Counted from the first letter of the stretch, positions 11,069 to 26,200 are shown. The stretch: DNA of 64,000 nucleotides from Thalia democratica (GCA_965202585.1 OZ241832.1:45384001-45448000); one strand, 5' to 3'. Made by a program: numbers and translations. Notes: generated from the letters alone by a model not told the origin.

Positions 11069-14000
11069 GTAATTAGTGTGACTGTGTAGTTTTTATTAGT
11101 AAACTTTTTTATTTCTACATTTGTAAAAGATATTTTTTATTTTCAAATGTATAACATCTTTAATTTTTATTTAGAAATATACTAGAATGTTAGTTAGATA
11201 TTTTATACGGATTTACCTTAGGTACATGAACACCCTTTTGTAAAACAAAACCAAAAGTTGAAAGAAACTTTAGTTAAAAATTATCAGTAATAAAAGTTGA
11301 ATTATTTAAATTTTCACATAAATCGTTCAAAATTAAAATAAGACAACACTTAGTTCGAACACAAAGTTAAACATACCTGCTACCAGAAGTTAGTTTTTCC
11401 ACAAAAATTTTAACTTGAAAGCACAATAAAATAGTTTTTAAAAGAAGGTAAGAAGATGAGAATATGAGAAGCCATTATATTTATTTATACTCATTATATG
11501 TATTGTAGGGCCCTTATAAAAAATACGACTTTTGAGTTTTCAGCTAGAAATAATTTTTGTGTTTAAGAAATATCATAATAACACCTTGTGAAAAACTTTA
11601 GCTGATTTGGAAAAACCTTGATAGAGTCTATTTTTGATTTTCTGAAATAACCCGAATGCGTTCCAAAAAATCGACGTTAGAGTTTTTAGTTAAAAGTTGT
11701 TTTACAGGTAGAAATTGTCACTAAAACACTGCATTTTTTAAGATAGTTTGAAAAAAATTTTACGGATTAGTAGTAGAAAGTTAGGTGTTGTTCAAGTTGA
11801 ACTTTCATATTTTAAAATAAAGCGGTTTTTAATATTAAGTTTTAATTTCTTTTAGTGTCTAGGTTCAAAAATTGCTTATCAAAAATATTTTTTTTACAAA
11901 GAACTTGATCAAAAGTTGGTTCACAATAAAACCAATTTTTATCCATTTTTACCAATTTTAGTATATGGAAAGAATAGTTGATTTAAAAACTAGTTGATTT
12001 AATAACTTTTCACTTAAAAGGTTAGCAATGTTGTGTTATAACCACAGCACTTATCATTTAAAAATAGCAAAAGCTAAGATTTTTTAATTAATTTTATCTG
12101 TTTTTTTTAAGAGAAGAAAATTTGCTCTACAAAATGATTTAAATTTGTGGAAATTTTTCTTTCAAAAAAAGTTATCAAAGTAACTTTTATAAGGTTGTTA
12201 TAAGGTGTAATCTTAAGCAACAAACAAGACCATATTTTTAGCCTGATTGTATTAAAAAATGGTTTACTTCGTCTAAGGCTGTAATGTTTTAAGGATACTT
12301 TTAATTAAAAATTACTTATGTATCTTAAGATTTTAAATGATATAAAGGCAGAAGGACTAGAATTTTCGATATTGTCGTTTATAAATAAGAATTCAAGATT
12401 TGTAGAAAAAAAAATTAAACAAATAATCGAAGACTCTTACTTCTCAGCAAAACCTAGAGTAATATTCACTTCTAGGCCACTATTATGACCTTATAGCTAA
12501 GATCCGATATGCGAACATGAGAAATGTATGATGATTTACTAATTTAAGTACTTTTATAAAAAATTTTTATCGGAACGACAAGGAACTAACTTATTAAAAG
12601 AGTAAAGTACATATACCAAAAAATATATATAACTATGTAACAAATTTGCCCTTTAGTTTTAAAATGTATTTTAGTTTTTGGCAATTTTCGTTTTGTGTTC
12701 ACGGTTAATGTTTTTATTGTTTATAAGTTGTTGTTGATGTAAGCAGTTTTGGCACAAATTTTGTACATATTGTTGTTTCTAATTGCTTTTATTAGTGCAT
12801 TAAAAAGGTTAAAATGTTTATAACTCTGTAGCTCTTGTAGTTAAATCTATAAAAAAAGTAACTTAGCTCTATAGATAAAAGTAATCCCTTAAGGCAGGCC
12901 ATAGGTTTACAACTACTGTAAAACAGATAAAATTAAAACAAACCTACCAGAATCTTCAGTGTCAAAATACAGTCATTTATTTTAATACGCATAGTTAACA
13001 ACCGTGTATATACAAACATACAGTTTGAATAGATTAAAATAATTAAAGTTTATAATAAAACTTTTCATTTGAATAGATTGGAATCTGTTTGTATTTTATT
13101 AATAAAATCTAACCTCTGTAAACATAAACATTTTGATTTCATTGCTTCTTTAATTTGTAATTTATAATTATGATTATATAAGTATTTGAAAACCTGATCT
13201 TTTGTTACTATTTTAAGAAATTGATTATATACCACGAAATATATTTTGTTTAAGTGAAGGTTAAGTTGTACTTTAGTTATATGGTGTTAACATTTTTAAA
13301 AGTCTAAGTGTTCAAAAATTTTTCTATTTAACTTATTCAACATAGAGTAGCAAGCTTTTAAAATTTTTCTAGTAATTTTTCTGACCGAATTGATGTGTCT
13401 AAAATTCATTGACCGTAAGATCTTTTATAAAGTTTTAAGGCTGATATAAAATTTGTTCATCAGAGACATATAATTAAGATTTACGATAGGATTGGTTAGA
13501 AGTTGCATATTTTGGCTTGTGTTTGGAATTTTTTTTACTTTATTGTATAATAACTTACTTTTTATTTATTTTTGAATAGTAATATTATTCTATATTTTTA
13601 TTTATCTATACATTTTGTTTTTTATTTTTATTTAAACTGTCAAAACTAAAAGCAAGCTTTTACTAATTTATACAACTTTTAAAACGTTAAAAATACTTGA
13701 ACCGTAATTTTAAAACAATAGTTTTTGGAAACTTTTAAAATCTCTATAGAGCAAACACGTTGATTCTAAGAAAAAAGTAGAAAACTGGGGTGATGTTGAG
13801 GTTGCAATTTCTAAATGTACGAGTAAAGATATTCAACCTGATCCTGGATACATTACTTTGTTACCTGCTGTTGGTCTAGATAATGCTAATCTTTGTGATG
13901 ATAAGTTAGTTGTATGGTATTCTCTTTTTTAAGCTATTAAAACTAAAAAGTTTAGCTTGTGTTTTAATATAATTAAAATTAAGAACATTTTAGAAACCTG

Positions 14001-17000
14001 ATTATGTTTAGTTTGTTGAATTAAAATAAATATTGTAGACATTTTATTTGTTTAAGTATAATCTTTTTAAGAGAACAATTTTGATAATTAAAAAATCTAG
14101 ATTTTGCTTTATCTGATAAATGTTAAAAATCCATTTTGACGTACTGAATAATTTTCTTTATAAAACTTTAAATTATATTTGTAAATTAAAACTAAAATCT
14201 TAACATAAAGATATGATAATTAAAAAGTTATAAGTTTCAAGTTTGTAAAGGATTATTGAAAACTAATATAACGAAAAAACAAATAAGTTTTCTATCTATT
14301 TAGCTAGGTATATTAGCCTGCACTTTTTATAGTTTAATTAAATAAAGCACAAAATAAGCCAAAAAATAGTCATTTAGCGTGTCTCACAATTCAAGTAAAA
14401 TTTTCACCAGAAGTAAATTGCATGCAAAAAAGCCAACAGTCTCTCTCTATATTTATATTATTTTATAATATACTTACTTATTTATAGTTTTTTTAAACTT
14501 TCGGTCAATAGGGCTCGACAATTAAAATTGTAGCTAAGTATATAATTATACAATAAACGATAGTTTTTAACAGCTGTTTCATACATGATACATTTCTAGA
14601 TCACATAATACTCAGAAAAGTTTTAGTTTATTAATTATAATATTACTACGTCACAATATTTATAAAAATTTTAAATTTTAAATTTCTATAGAATATATCT
14701 AAAAAAATTAAGATTTTCTGGGGATTATATAAGATAGAAATATCTCATATATGAAATAGCTGTAAATAACTGTTGTTTATTATAATTTATTATATGCACA
14801 TACTATGTAAATTTAAATTGTTAAATCGTTTAGTTTGATTCTGTAATTTTTTGAAAAATTTTGGGCTTGATTTTAATTAATAGTCTTTTTTAAGCTACAA
14901 AGAGAATGCTAATTCTGAAAAAGAAAAAGATAAGACGGACATAATTGTTAACATCCATGAAAACGAAGCAGAGTGTGCGGTAAATGACTCTAAAGTTGCA
15001 AAGTCGGCTGAAATCGATCAATGTATGGGAGTTTTTTACATAACTTATAAGATATTTTAATAAGTTTTTATATATGTTTATTTTAGTACTGAAAAAAGTT
15101 CCCAGCGAAAATAAAATACCGTCAGTAGCTGCGTTTAATTTACCTAAGGAAAAAGTTCTACTTGCCAAACGAGCTATTGGATTTGGATATCGCAGTAAAT
15201 CATTTAGGTTTTAAAGTTTTTTACTTTCAAATAAAAGTTTATTATAAATAAAGCTGTTTGTATTTTTCATAAAAGTTATATTAGTAATTTTAAATTTGTT
15301 TAGAAGATTTTGTTGTAAATAAACTTTAAAAGTATAGAGTTGGATTTCAAGTTTTTATTGTAAAATTGTACTAACTTTAAATTCTAATCTAAGAGTTTTC
15401 AAAGTTATTCATTTTAACAATTAGATTTCAAGTTTTTATTGTCATAATACTATTAGTTTTAAATACTAATCTAAAAGTTTTATAAGTTATCGAATATCAA
15501 GTATTATATACAAATTGTTTTCTAAACTTTTTTATAAAACAACTGAAGGATATTTGATTGTAACTTTAAGAGGTATATCAGTTTGGGATCCTTCAAATCA
15601 TGGTAATGTTGTAGTGTATGCAGTTCAAGCGCTAATAATTAAAATGGATACATTTACTAAGAATCAACATATATTTGTTGGCCACACAAGTCCAGTTACA
15701 TCACTTGCGTTTAACAAGCAACAAAGTGAACGTGAGATTACTTACTTTGATTTGCCTTAAGTTTAATAGTTTACATGTTACTTCTTTTTAATTTAGCTAG
15801 GTTTCTTATTAAATAAATTTTAGTAAAGTTTTCCCATTTTTAACTTTAATTACGTTTGTTTATAAACATAAATTTACCATGCATAAAGTATAAGTAAACT
15901 CCTTAATAAATTAGATGACTTGAGTCGTTTGTTGTCATTGTGACTTTTTAAAAGAAGCAAACTTTTTTAGAAAGTGATAAGGAAGTACTATAAATAATGT
16001 TTTGTGTATTTAATACTTAGCAGAATCACTTAATTAAAAACCTATATATGTTTTTTTGCACCTAAAACTTATTTGTAGTTACTTGAAAGTATATTCAAAC
16101 ATGAAATTATTACTTTTGCTGCTTCATATATGTTTTTCAACGATTTTAAAATATTTTCAATGGTATTTTTGTAGAAGACCTAGAAGAGCATCCGACAATT
16201 TTAGCGAGCTCTCAAGGAGGTTTCTGTGGTTTAGTAAAAATTTGGAACTATATGAAGCACGAATGCATAGTTACGATAGAAAACGACCAATGCGCATCCA
16301 TCGACTGCTTGTCGTTTTCACGAACCGGTGCTGTCCTCGCTGCATCTGGAAAGTGAGTTTGATTTCTGAAACTTTATAACATTTTGTATGTAATCGAACT
16401 AATACAGATAGTTGAGAAATTAAGTACATATATTCACGCCTTATGTTTTTCAGTTATATTAGTTTTAAGTACCTAACTAATACAGAAATCTTTTTTAAAT
16501 TCTATAGCGTTTTCGTCCATCAAATCTTATGTTATAATCCTCTGCTGTTACAGTTTCGTCTGATAACACATTGTGTTGGTCAGGTACTGCATCAAGCTCG
16601 GGATTACTTTTATGACTATGCCTACTAGTCAGGGTTGCCACAAGGTCAGGAAAAGTTAGGAAAAGGTTAAAATAATGACAAAAAAAAGTCAGATTTTGTT
16701 AGTTCAAATTTACAAAATTCCTTATTTTCCAAAGCTTTCAACTAGTAAAAAAAAATTGTTAAAAATCCTTTAGCAATTTCCTTTAGCAATAGACTTTAGC
16801 AAAATCCTTTAGCAAATCCTTTAGCAATAGACTAATTTGCAAATTTTCCTAGAAATTTGCAAAATTATTAAATTTGCAATGCCTTCATCTGGCATAAATT
16901 AATAAATTATCCTTTATAAAACTGCCAGTATTTATTTTGGCCATCATCAACAAAGTTCAGATGTTTTATGCCATCGATAATAAACAATGAACTTCACCGC

Positions 17001-20000
17001 ACGACCAACAACAACGGCATCCGAGACAACATACGACCGGTTTCGTCCTTTTTAGGGCTCATCAGGCTGGCTTAGTCGCAAGAAACCGCTGTTGTGATCT
17101 TAACCAAGCGGGCTTAAGTGCAAATGCAACAACAGCGGTTTCTCGCGACTAAGCCTGCCTGATGAGACCTAAAAAGGACGAAACCGGTCGTAGGTTGTCT
17201 CGGATGCCGTTGTTGTTGGTCGCGCGGTGAAGTTCGTTGTTTATTATACACTTTATAAAACTGCAAAGTTTTTTTTTTAACTTGCAAAATTGGAAGTAAA
17301 AATAAATGAGTATAAAAAGAAATGAAGCCCATAAATTGTGGCTAGATTTAGAGAAAAATTCTCTTCGACAAGTGTAGGGGCAGCAGATGAAAAAGATTTA
17401 AATAAAATTAGGCAAATGGTATTAAATGCCAAGAAAATAAAGCGGAATGCAGACCAGATGAAGGAAACCATATCTTCATTAGATGAAGAGGTAGTGCTAA
17501 TAAAGAAACGGAGAAAATAAAATTTAGTACATATAAAAAAAAGTGTTTGATTAAGTTTTTTATTGTTTTAAGGTTTTAATTGTAAATAGTTCGTTATTGT
17601 GTTAAGGTTTTAGTTGTGAAAGTTTGTTATTAATTTAAGGTTTTAATTGTAAAAGTTCCTTATATGTCGTATCGTTTATTTAGATACATGTATGTTAGGA
17701 AATGCTAAAAAACTGTTTTTTTTCAGACAAGCTGTGTTTATCAGATAATAATACAAGTATTTTGCTGATAAAGCTGTTTGTTGCAAAAACATCAATCATA
17801 CACGGATGGTTCAATGTTTGATGTGATGGAAGTTTGATGATTGAATTCAGCAAAAAAAACTGTTTTTTTAACCTGTATTAAAATTAGATTGAAAGCTTTA
17901 CATAGTTTCAAATGTTAGATTATGTATTTTAGAATAAGTTTAAATGAGAGTAATATTTAGAAAAGTCAGGAAAATTTTAGTAAAAAGTCAGGAATTTTTT
18001 CTCAGCCAGATCTGTGGCAACCCTGACTAGTACCTGACGTCTTCTCGGCCGGTTTGGCACGCGTAGCGTGTTTAGAAAATAGCTTTGTAAGGCTATTGGC
18101 CGAGAGCGTCTTGGGTTTTTTACTGGTAAATAAAAGTTAAATATCTTATTAGTGACTAAACTAGACAGTAGTTATTTAAGTTTAACTAGAGGTCTTAAGA
18201 TACTTTTTTTGAATCGTTAAAACAACTTTTGATTTGAGCTATCGTACTTATTTTAACTTAGTCGATGATGATTCTAATATATACTTGATATGAAATCTTA
18301 GTATAGACTAGAAAGTAAATCTTTAATTTAACCTAAGTGATTACAACGTATACCTTACTATATAAATTTAATACAGAACAAAATACGATACACTAATTTT
18401 ATCAATATTAGAACTTACTTAACTACGTTCTACTGTTAATACTCAAAGTATAGGCTCAGCACTCTGAGTTTATTTTACAATGTTACTAAAAAGCGATAAA
18501 AAATAACGCTCACGCACATGCAAGTCAGAGCTCGATGGTTTGTTTGCAGGGCAACTTTTATTAAATTAATTAGCGTTTGTTTACAGTCCTCAGCAATGCT
18601 TACTGAAGTCAGAGCCAAGCTAGGACTTGAAGCGTATGAAACGTCTAAAAGTCCGCCTTGGTTGAACTACAACAGACGTTTCTGCTTGAGAATTGGTTGT
18701 TAAAAAACAACGAAAGCTGGAAAAGTATACAAACTAATATACACTTGCTTTAGTTTTTCGGCGATTCATACAGTAAAATAACTCATTGTAGAAGTGTAAA
18801 GCTCGAAAAAACAGTTGTAGCGATCAACGAAAGCTGAAAATTGTATTGAGTTACATTTGCTTTCGTTTATCACCGGTGTTTCTTTAAGTAAGTGGACTAC
18901 AATATAAGTGAAATGCTGAGTAACATTCGCTAAAAAACAACGAAATCTGAACGCATATAATCGCTAAAATACAATCTAAGTGACGTTCACAACTATACCG
19001 AAACACGTTCTGGTAACTGTTTTCGAGATTTTGTTACTAAGTCAAACAGTAAACGGTTCTAACAAAAAATAGTGAAATCTTGTTCACAAAGAATCTAAAA
19101 AGTGCCTGCTTAAACAAAAGAGTGTTTGCTTTAATTACAACTAATTGTAACTATTCTTGTCAACAATGACAGCTAGCCGAAACGAAAAGTGAATGAACAC
19201 TTCTCTCGTGGCGCTTGGCTTTAAACAGCTACGTTACAATCAAAAAAACTCTTCTTTTTTAAGTCTCCCGGAGAGCAAGCCGATTGTACTTACAATGTTT
19301 CTAATTTTTTGATTAAAAATGTTATATCGTATCTTTATTTGTTCAATGTGTAATTTAGCTTAATCAGATAATTTTCATAGTTTTTAATAGGTCAGATAAG
19401 CGTTAGTCGCAGTCAATTTAAATTTTCATGGAATTTTTTTAAGAGTTTTAGATTGGCAGTGAATTTTCAAATGTTTTTATTAGTATTTTAATTTTTTCTA
19501 TAATACATCTCCAAACTGTTTTTTTTTACTGTTTTTACAATTCATGTTAAAAAAGTAGATTCAAACTTATGATTTTGAACTAGATTTTGTGTTATAAGTT
19601 GCTATAAGTTGCAGTCAGTTTTTTTTAAACAGACACTATTTTTATTAATTACAAGAGTACAATTAGTAAAACATATGCTATATTTCTAATAGAATAGCAT
19701 ACGGTCTTGTTTTTGGAAAGAAGGCAGTTAAAAATGTACAAATAAAAAATGTAAAATAAAAACTAAACTATAAAGTATGCATATGTTCTATCTACAACAC
19801 TTCTTGTAATACTAAATAAGGTACACTTTAAAGTAAGTGTAAAAGTTTTTGTTAGTCTAACTTTTAATGCCTAGAAGAAAAAAATACCTTGAATTTCAAC
19901 ACTTGTAAATATATTTAAATAATTCAATTTGTTTGTTTAAAATTGAAATACAGACTGTTATATTAATTTAATTTTTCTGATACTACAAAATAGTTTAAAA

Positions 20001-23000
20001 GTGACGTTTATGACTTCCTTAGATTTTTACATAATTTTTTTAATAGATATTTGTTCTAGTATTAATTTATAAATATGTAGTAAACTTTTTAAAAAATAGT
20101 AAGAGAACATGTAATTTAGAAACAATAAAAAATTAATACCAATAAGTAATATGCAATGTTTCTAATTCATTAAGTTGATATACTAACAATAGTTCACAAT
20201 TTGTTAAAATATTTGTTTAGTTTTTGTTTGTTTTTTGGACTTCAGTTAAATAAAGCATAACATAAAAGCTTTTTTGTGAGAATATTATTTTTTCTCTTCT
20301 TTTTAATTCTAATTAGTTTATAGAAATAGGAGAGATATTTCAAAACTCTTTTATTTTTAACAGTAGATAAGTTTAATTATCAATTTTTAACTATTAAACT
20401 TATTAATACATCTAACCAATGCATTATTAAATATTTTTCTAGGGATCAGCAAGGTAAGTCTTTAGTTGTGGTGTGGGATACAAGCTGTGTACTAAGCAAG
20501 CACTCATATTCTGTTATTGCTAAGATTCATACTCATCTCAAGGTACCTTTTTCTTTTCTTGTAAAACAATGTTATTGTAAAAATGCTTTCTAAATAAAGT
20601 TGTTTAATAATAGTTTTTGTGATGTTTAAACATTTCTATTTTTAATTTTTTATGATTAAAAACATATCATTTCACTCTAAATTTTTATTATAATTAAGTT
20701 TTTAGTTGACAACTAAAATTTAAAGATGTTTTAGTTAATCAATGTTTTAGATTGAAAAGATAAAAGTATCACCCACTCATGATATGCGGTTAGTTACATG
20801 TTCCTCAGAAAGCCTTATGTTTTGGGAGGTTAATTCGAATCAGCTTAGGTCTTGTCCACTTTCACAATCTGAAATCAAGTATGATGATTTTACTGACATT
20901 TATTTTGCACTTCCTTCTGCTTTAACAGGTGTTTTTCGTATATATATGATTTATTGAACTCGTTTTTTTATTTTTTGGTAAAAAAATATTGTTATAAACT
21001 TAGCTTTATAATTTCTGTGTATTGCGCACATAAAATCATCTCTAGTTTTTTATATGCTATGTTGCATGCGTTTCTAATTAATTTATTAAAAATGCTGACT
21101 TTATTTTGTGTTTTGATTTTTTTTAAGTAGAGCAACTTATCAACTTAAGATTCTTCTACCTTAATTAAGCTGTTTGAAAAGTTTAAGAAAAATTTTTGAA
21201 TGCTTTTGAAAACTGATTTTAGTGTCTTTTAACTTTACAATGCTATAATTTACATAATATTTATAGATGATAATTTATCAAGTTGTTGTAAGATATATAG
21301 TTTCTAAGGAGTTATTATATATTTTTTAAAATTTACGTATAGTTTTAAACTATCTTTATTAAAAAAATACTACTACGCCTAGCTCTGTTAAAAACAGTAA
21401 TTGTTGTTAAAATAAATTTAAAAACAGTTTTTAAAAACCAACGTTTTATTAAAAAAAAAATTGCAGACGTTGGAACTCACATGAAGTTAGTTTCACCTCA
21501 AGAATCAAATAAACCATATAACTTGTATGCATGCACTAAAACAGGAAATATTATTGAAGTCGACTTCACAAGCTTTTCTGTTTGCAATTCAGTTTCTCTA
21601 AACGGTATTTATTTAACATAAAAAAAAAGCTAACTTAATGGTTTAATTTTTTTCAAATATAATATTATTATTTTCTCATTTTTAATATTATACGATTGTA
21701 AAACAGTCTTTTAAAATAATCGTTTCATTTTTTTAAGGTTTGAAGTTAACTTGCTTAAAAATTGAAAAGTCGTTTGTGGTAACTGGTTCAGAAGACGGGA
21801 TTTTACGGATGTGGCCGTTAAATATGAATTCAGTTTTTCTGGAAGCCGAACACGAAAACTGTATATCTGACATTCAAATAAGTCACAGTAAGAAAAGTTA
21901 TAATATTTTTAAACACATCAAACTAAATACAACAACATGATAGTCTTAAAGTCAATATTTTTTTAAATAAGCAATTAAAGTTTAAGTTTGAACATTTTTG
22001 TCAAATTTTTTTTTCAGATGGTTTGAAAGTTTTAGTTTCAACAAAAAATGCTACACTAGGTTATCTTGACGTTACTACTAGAAAATATACAACACTTATG
22101 AGATCTCATCTAAACAAGTTAATTTTTTGTGCTTATTTTTAATTAAGGCTACTTATCAATAAAAAAGCTAAATTATTTAAAGTATACTTTTTTTTCTAAT
22201 ATCTTGTGTTACGATGCATACTATTTGTTGATTATTTGATGTTTCAGGCTGAACTTGAGTTGTTTAAGTCACTTGAACGAAAGAATATTAACTTGTAGTG
22301 ACGACAATAGCATTCAGGTTTGGCAAACAAAACCTGCCTTGCAACAGCTATTTAACTTCGGAACTCTTGAAAATACGCCCACTTGTGTTGCCTGTCACCC
22401 GAACGGACAGGCTTGTTTTTTTATTCTTAACTTGTATTGATGTAAAATACACTATATCATTAACCAAATTTAAGTCTAAATTTATGACTCTTATTCACCA
22501 AATTAAAGTGTTAATAATGTTTGGTATATGTAAAAGTTAAGGTATGAAATCTATATAATATTTAGGTATGTGATCGCTATAACGATGAGATTAGTCCATA
22601 TTCAGGTTAAAGCTCATCCACCATGAGTTTATACTTACTATAAGCTTCTGTCCGATTTCTTGCTAAGGATTTTATTACTATTTTAGTTTTGATTTACTGA
22701 GTAGTTTAAAAATCAATTTAAATTTGAATTTGAAAGTTAGTCTGTTGAAATAAAAAGTTATAATGTTGTCAGTAAATTTTTATATAAAAATTTTGCTGCA
22801 AAGAAATTTTTTATAAGGTATAAACATCTTTTTGTTATGTAATAGCTAAAAATTAAAAAAAAATTAAGACATGCAATAGAAACACTTTGCATAATTTAAA
22901 CTTTAAATTGTGTTTAAGTTTTAGAATTCGATCTTTTACAATATTTGAAAAGGGTTTGATTTAAAATTTTTGAGTTATATAGTAAACCTATATGTCATGT

Positions 23001-23226
23001 TTTAGTTTTTTAAGTTCTATTTAAAATGTAGCATCTCATAATGTTTGAAGTAAACTGTATATATGATTAATGACTTAATTGTAACCTTTTATATAAGGTT
23101 TGAACTATAATAAATGATGATAACTATTCTTTAACATCTGATTATTTTGCTACTTGCTAAAATAAGGTTACATAAACAATACAAGTTATATTTGTATACA
23201 GTTAATTAAACATCATCTACCTAATT

Positions 23227-23273
<47 letters not shown>

Positions 23274-26200
23274 AATAAACATATTACAATTATCCTGACT
23301 TGTTCAATTAGCATATAAATTATAAAATTTTATTTATTGTAAACGTTTTTGGAACACTTTTATGTTTTAAAAGCTCGTCGTCTCAAATTATAAAATTAAA
23401 AAGAACCTTCTAAGTTATTGATAAAGTATAAATTAAAAAAGTTTTATGTTAAAAAATCTTAAATTATTTTTAAAAACAGTCCTAAAGATAGTTTTTTGTG
23501 AAATAATATTTTTTTAACTTTTATAAATTTGATATTTGCTTAGGCTAGAGCTGTCAATTTTAAATAATATTTTGCATTTGCCGTTGTTGGAAAGTTAATT
23601 TTTTGGTTTGACTGAAATAAGTCTACCTTAAATAACGTTTGTAAGGTTACTATGTAATATGCTGCATTGATCGACTACATAAATATATCGTATAAAAACT
23701 TTAATAAGTCACACAGTTTGGTATCTTTTTAGACGTTTTTATAAAATATTCAATATTTTGTTTTTGAAATTTAATTTACTCTGATTTGTAGATCTTTGCT
23801 GCTGGTTTTGTCAGTGGAAGCGTAAAAATTTTTAATTGCGAAAGTTCTTGCATTATAAGTGAACACCAAAACATACATGACAACAATAAGTTAGTCAACA
23901 TCGAATTTACAAGCACAGGCCATCGATTAGTTTCAAGATGTTGTCAAGGTTACTAGCCATTAGGTTTTTTCATTATTTGGGATACTAGTATTAACTTCTT
24001 TTTTTAATAAACTAAAATAGTACAAAACAAGAGTATGTTATGAACTATATGATATTGTTGGTTTAGTTTTGTAGCTTTACTTATTCTAATTTTAAATGCT
24101 AAGGTACAATATGCTTGTATGATACAACTGATGCCTTGAAAAGCGGAGTTCCTCTACTTCGGAAGCTACATAAAGCCACTGTTGTTGGAAATCAATTAGT
24201 TTCTAATACCTGTCTTTCTATGTCACGAAACGGTGCAAAGTTAGCGTATGTTGGTGAGAGTCAATTTGTTGTGACTGTCGCAACTACAAACATGCTCGAC
24301 AAGCTAATGAAAATAGATGTTACTAGTGGACTTAGAATAGATGAAGAAAATTCGATGTTATTTTAGTTTATATTATTCATTGAGGATAATGAAAAACTGC
24401 ATAATTTTTTTATCAATTTAACAGCTATTCATTATAATTTTGAAAATAATTTGAGCTTTGGAAACTAAAGTGATAACATTTAAATAGACACATACATTTC
24501 ATATATTTTGATAAAACTATAAATATTTTTTGTTTTCTAAAGTATGCAAAATAATTGAAGTAAAATAAACAAATTTTAATAAAAATTCTATTTTTAGACT
24601 GACTTATTTTCAAGCTTTAATAGAAAAATAAGTAAAGCACTTATAAAAGTGTTGTATAATTAGATTTTTTACAAACTTTATTACTTTTATTGTTAGTTGG
24701 TTGTTTAAAACTTTGATAGTATAACACTATATTAGTAACATTAACATGGATAAAGTGTATAGTTATGAAACATTTTTTTTAGACCAAAATTAGATGTCCC
24801 ATTGTTATGTTACTTCACACCAGATGTTTCAAGTCACCTTCTTATTGTAACTAGGAGCAACAGATTATTAAAAATTGACAGCAAAAATGGTGCTTTGTTA
24901 CAAATTTGTACCAACATACATAAAAAACATACAACAGCAGTTTGTTGCGACGAGAGTTGCCAATATATAGTGACGTGCGGTGATAATTTTGTAATTAAAA
25001 TTTGGAATTACGACATGAAAAAACCTATTTTTTGTCAGGTTAGCATATGAAATGAAAATGAAAACTTTGCTTTATTATATAACAAATGAATTTTAAGTAT
25101 TATCAAAATTTATAAATTTAAAATCTTTTACTTAAAAATGCTCCCACATTTATGATGCAGTTATAAACTTAATAAAATCAGTTTTACTTTAAAAAGAATC
25201 CTTTTGACTGCATATTTTTAGTAAAATAATAAGTAGTTAATATATTACATATAGGTGTTTTTCTTTTACTTTTATTTTCCTATATACATGTAAATCTTTG
25301 CACAACTTGAATTACTCGGGAGGTGCTAGTGAATAAATGATTGTAGTTATCGTGAATAATCCAATTGTTCAGGATATTTTTAACTAGATCTAGAAATACA
25401 TATTACCTTTCAGTTATAAAATCGTTGTTCATCAAAACTTGTTAGCCAAAAATATGTAAATAAAGAATAGTTACTAACTTAAAGCTAAACAGATAGTGTC
25501 TTATTTTATTGTTGGGTGTTTTGTAGCGTTTTAATTGTTTAATAAATATAAAGTATTTTTCCTTTATCTTAATAGTGTTATATTATATTACAGTTACCTC
25601 TCTTGAATATACGCACATTTGTCCACAGCAAAAGTGCGTAACTAAACGAGAGAACGTAACTAAACTAGAGGTAGCGAACATACCTACTATATTCGCTGTT
25701 TCCTTTTAATACATTTGATTGAATATATTTTAGCGTCTTTCCCACTTTTTTTATTCACAAGAATAGTTTTCATTCAACTTGTACATATACGTGAAGTTTT
25801 TTATTAAAAAATGTTGATATGTATACAAAGTATTTTTTATACTTTTTTTCTTGCCCACCTAAGATTGAACCTGCCTAGCATAGTTTTAAAAGAAGATTTT
25901 TGTAATGTGTATGCATGTTTTTATTTAGTTTCATTGCCACGTTTTGCTGAAAAACTTGTTTTAGGTCGTTTCTTTAGATAATTTTTCATTGTTTTGTGAA
26001 CTTTAATTATTCTTAGTCATGTTTTTTTAGAACTTTAATAAAAGCTGTTTTTAACTAACACAATTTATGGTACACTGAGGTAAATTAAATGTTTATCTAA
26101 CCATCAAGGAACATTATTTTACAAAGTCTAAACAAATGTAGAGCTGATTTAGCATTTAAAACAGGGAACGGGTCCTAATTGCACGAAGACAAAATTGCAC

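Larger units (their letters stand above)
16977..17247. mobile_element. Fold-back double-hammerhead element (family E): 119-nt arms, 33-nt spacer
   Basis: 16977-17095 is the near-perfect reverse complement of 17129-17247; each arm has CTGATGA-GNCC-TAAAAA-GGAC-GAAACCGGTC. Confidence 0.85.
16630..18025. mobile_element. Non-autonomous DNA transposon, CAGGGTTGCC TIRs, 6-bp flanking repeat; hosts the family E fold-back
   Basis: CAGGGTTGCCACA..TGTGGCAACCCTG flanked by ACTAGT; contains CCTTTAGCAA repeats (16764-16830) and a coiled-coil-like ORF end at 17338-17520, possibly a transposase C-terminus. Confidence 0.8.

Noticed and set aside
16545-16600. GACGAAAC plus hairpin on the minus strand, resembling a hammerhead
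   Set aside because: The CTGANGA core is not matched and no stem I was found.
22575-22700. Possible intronic C/D snoRNA
   Set aside because: C box is imperfect and there is no terminal stem or recognisable guide.
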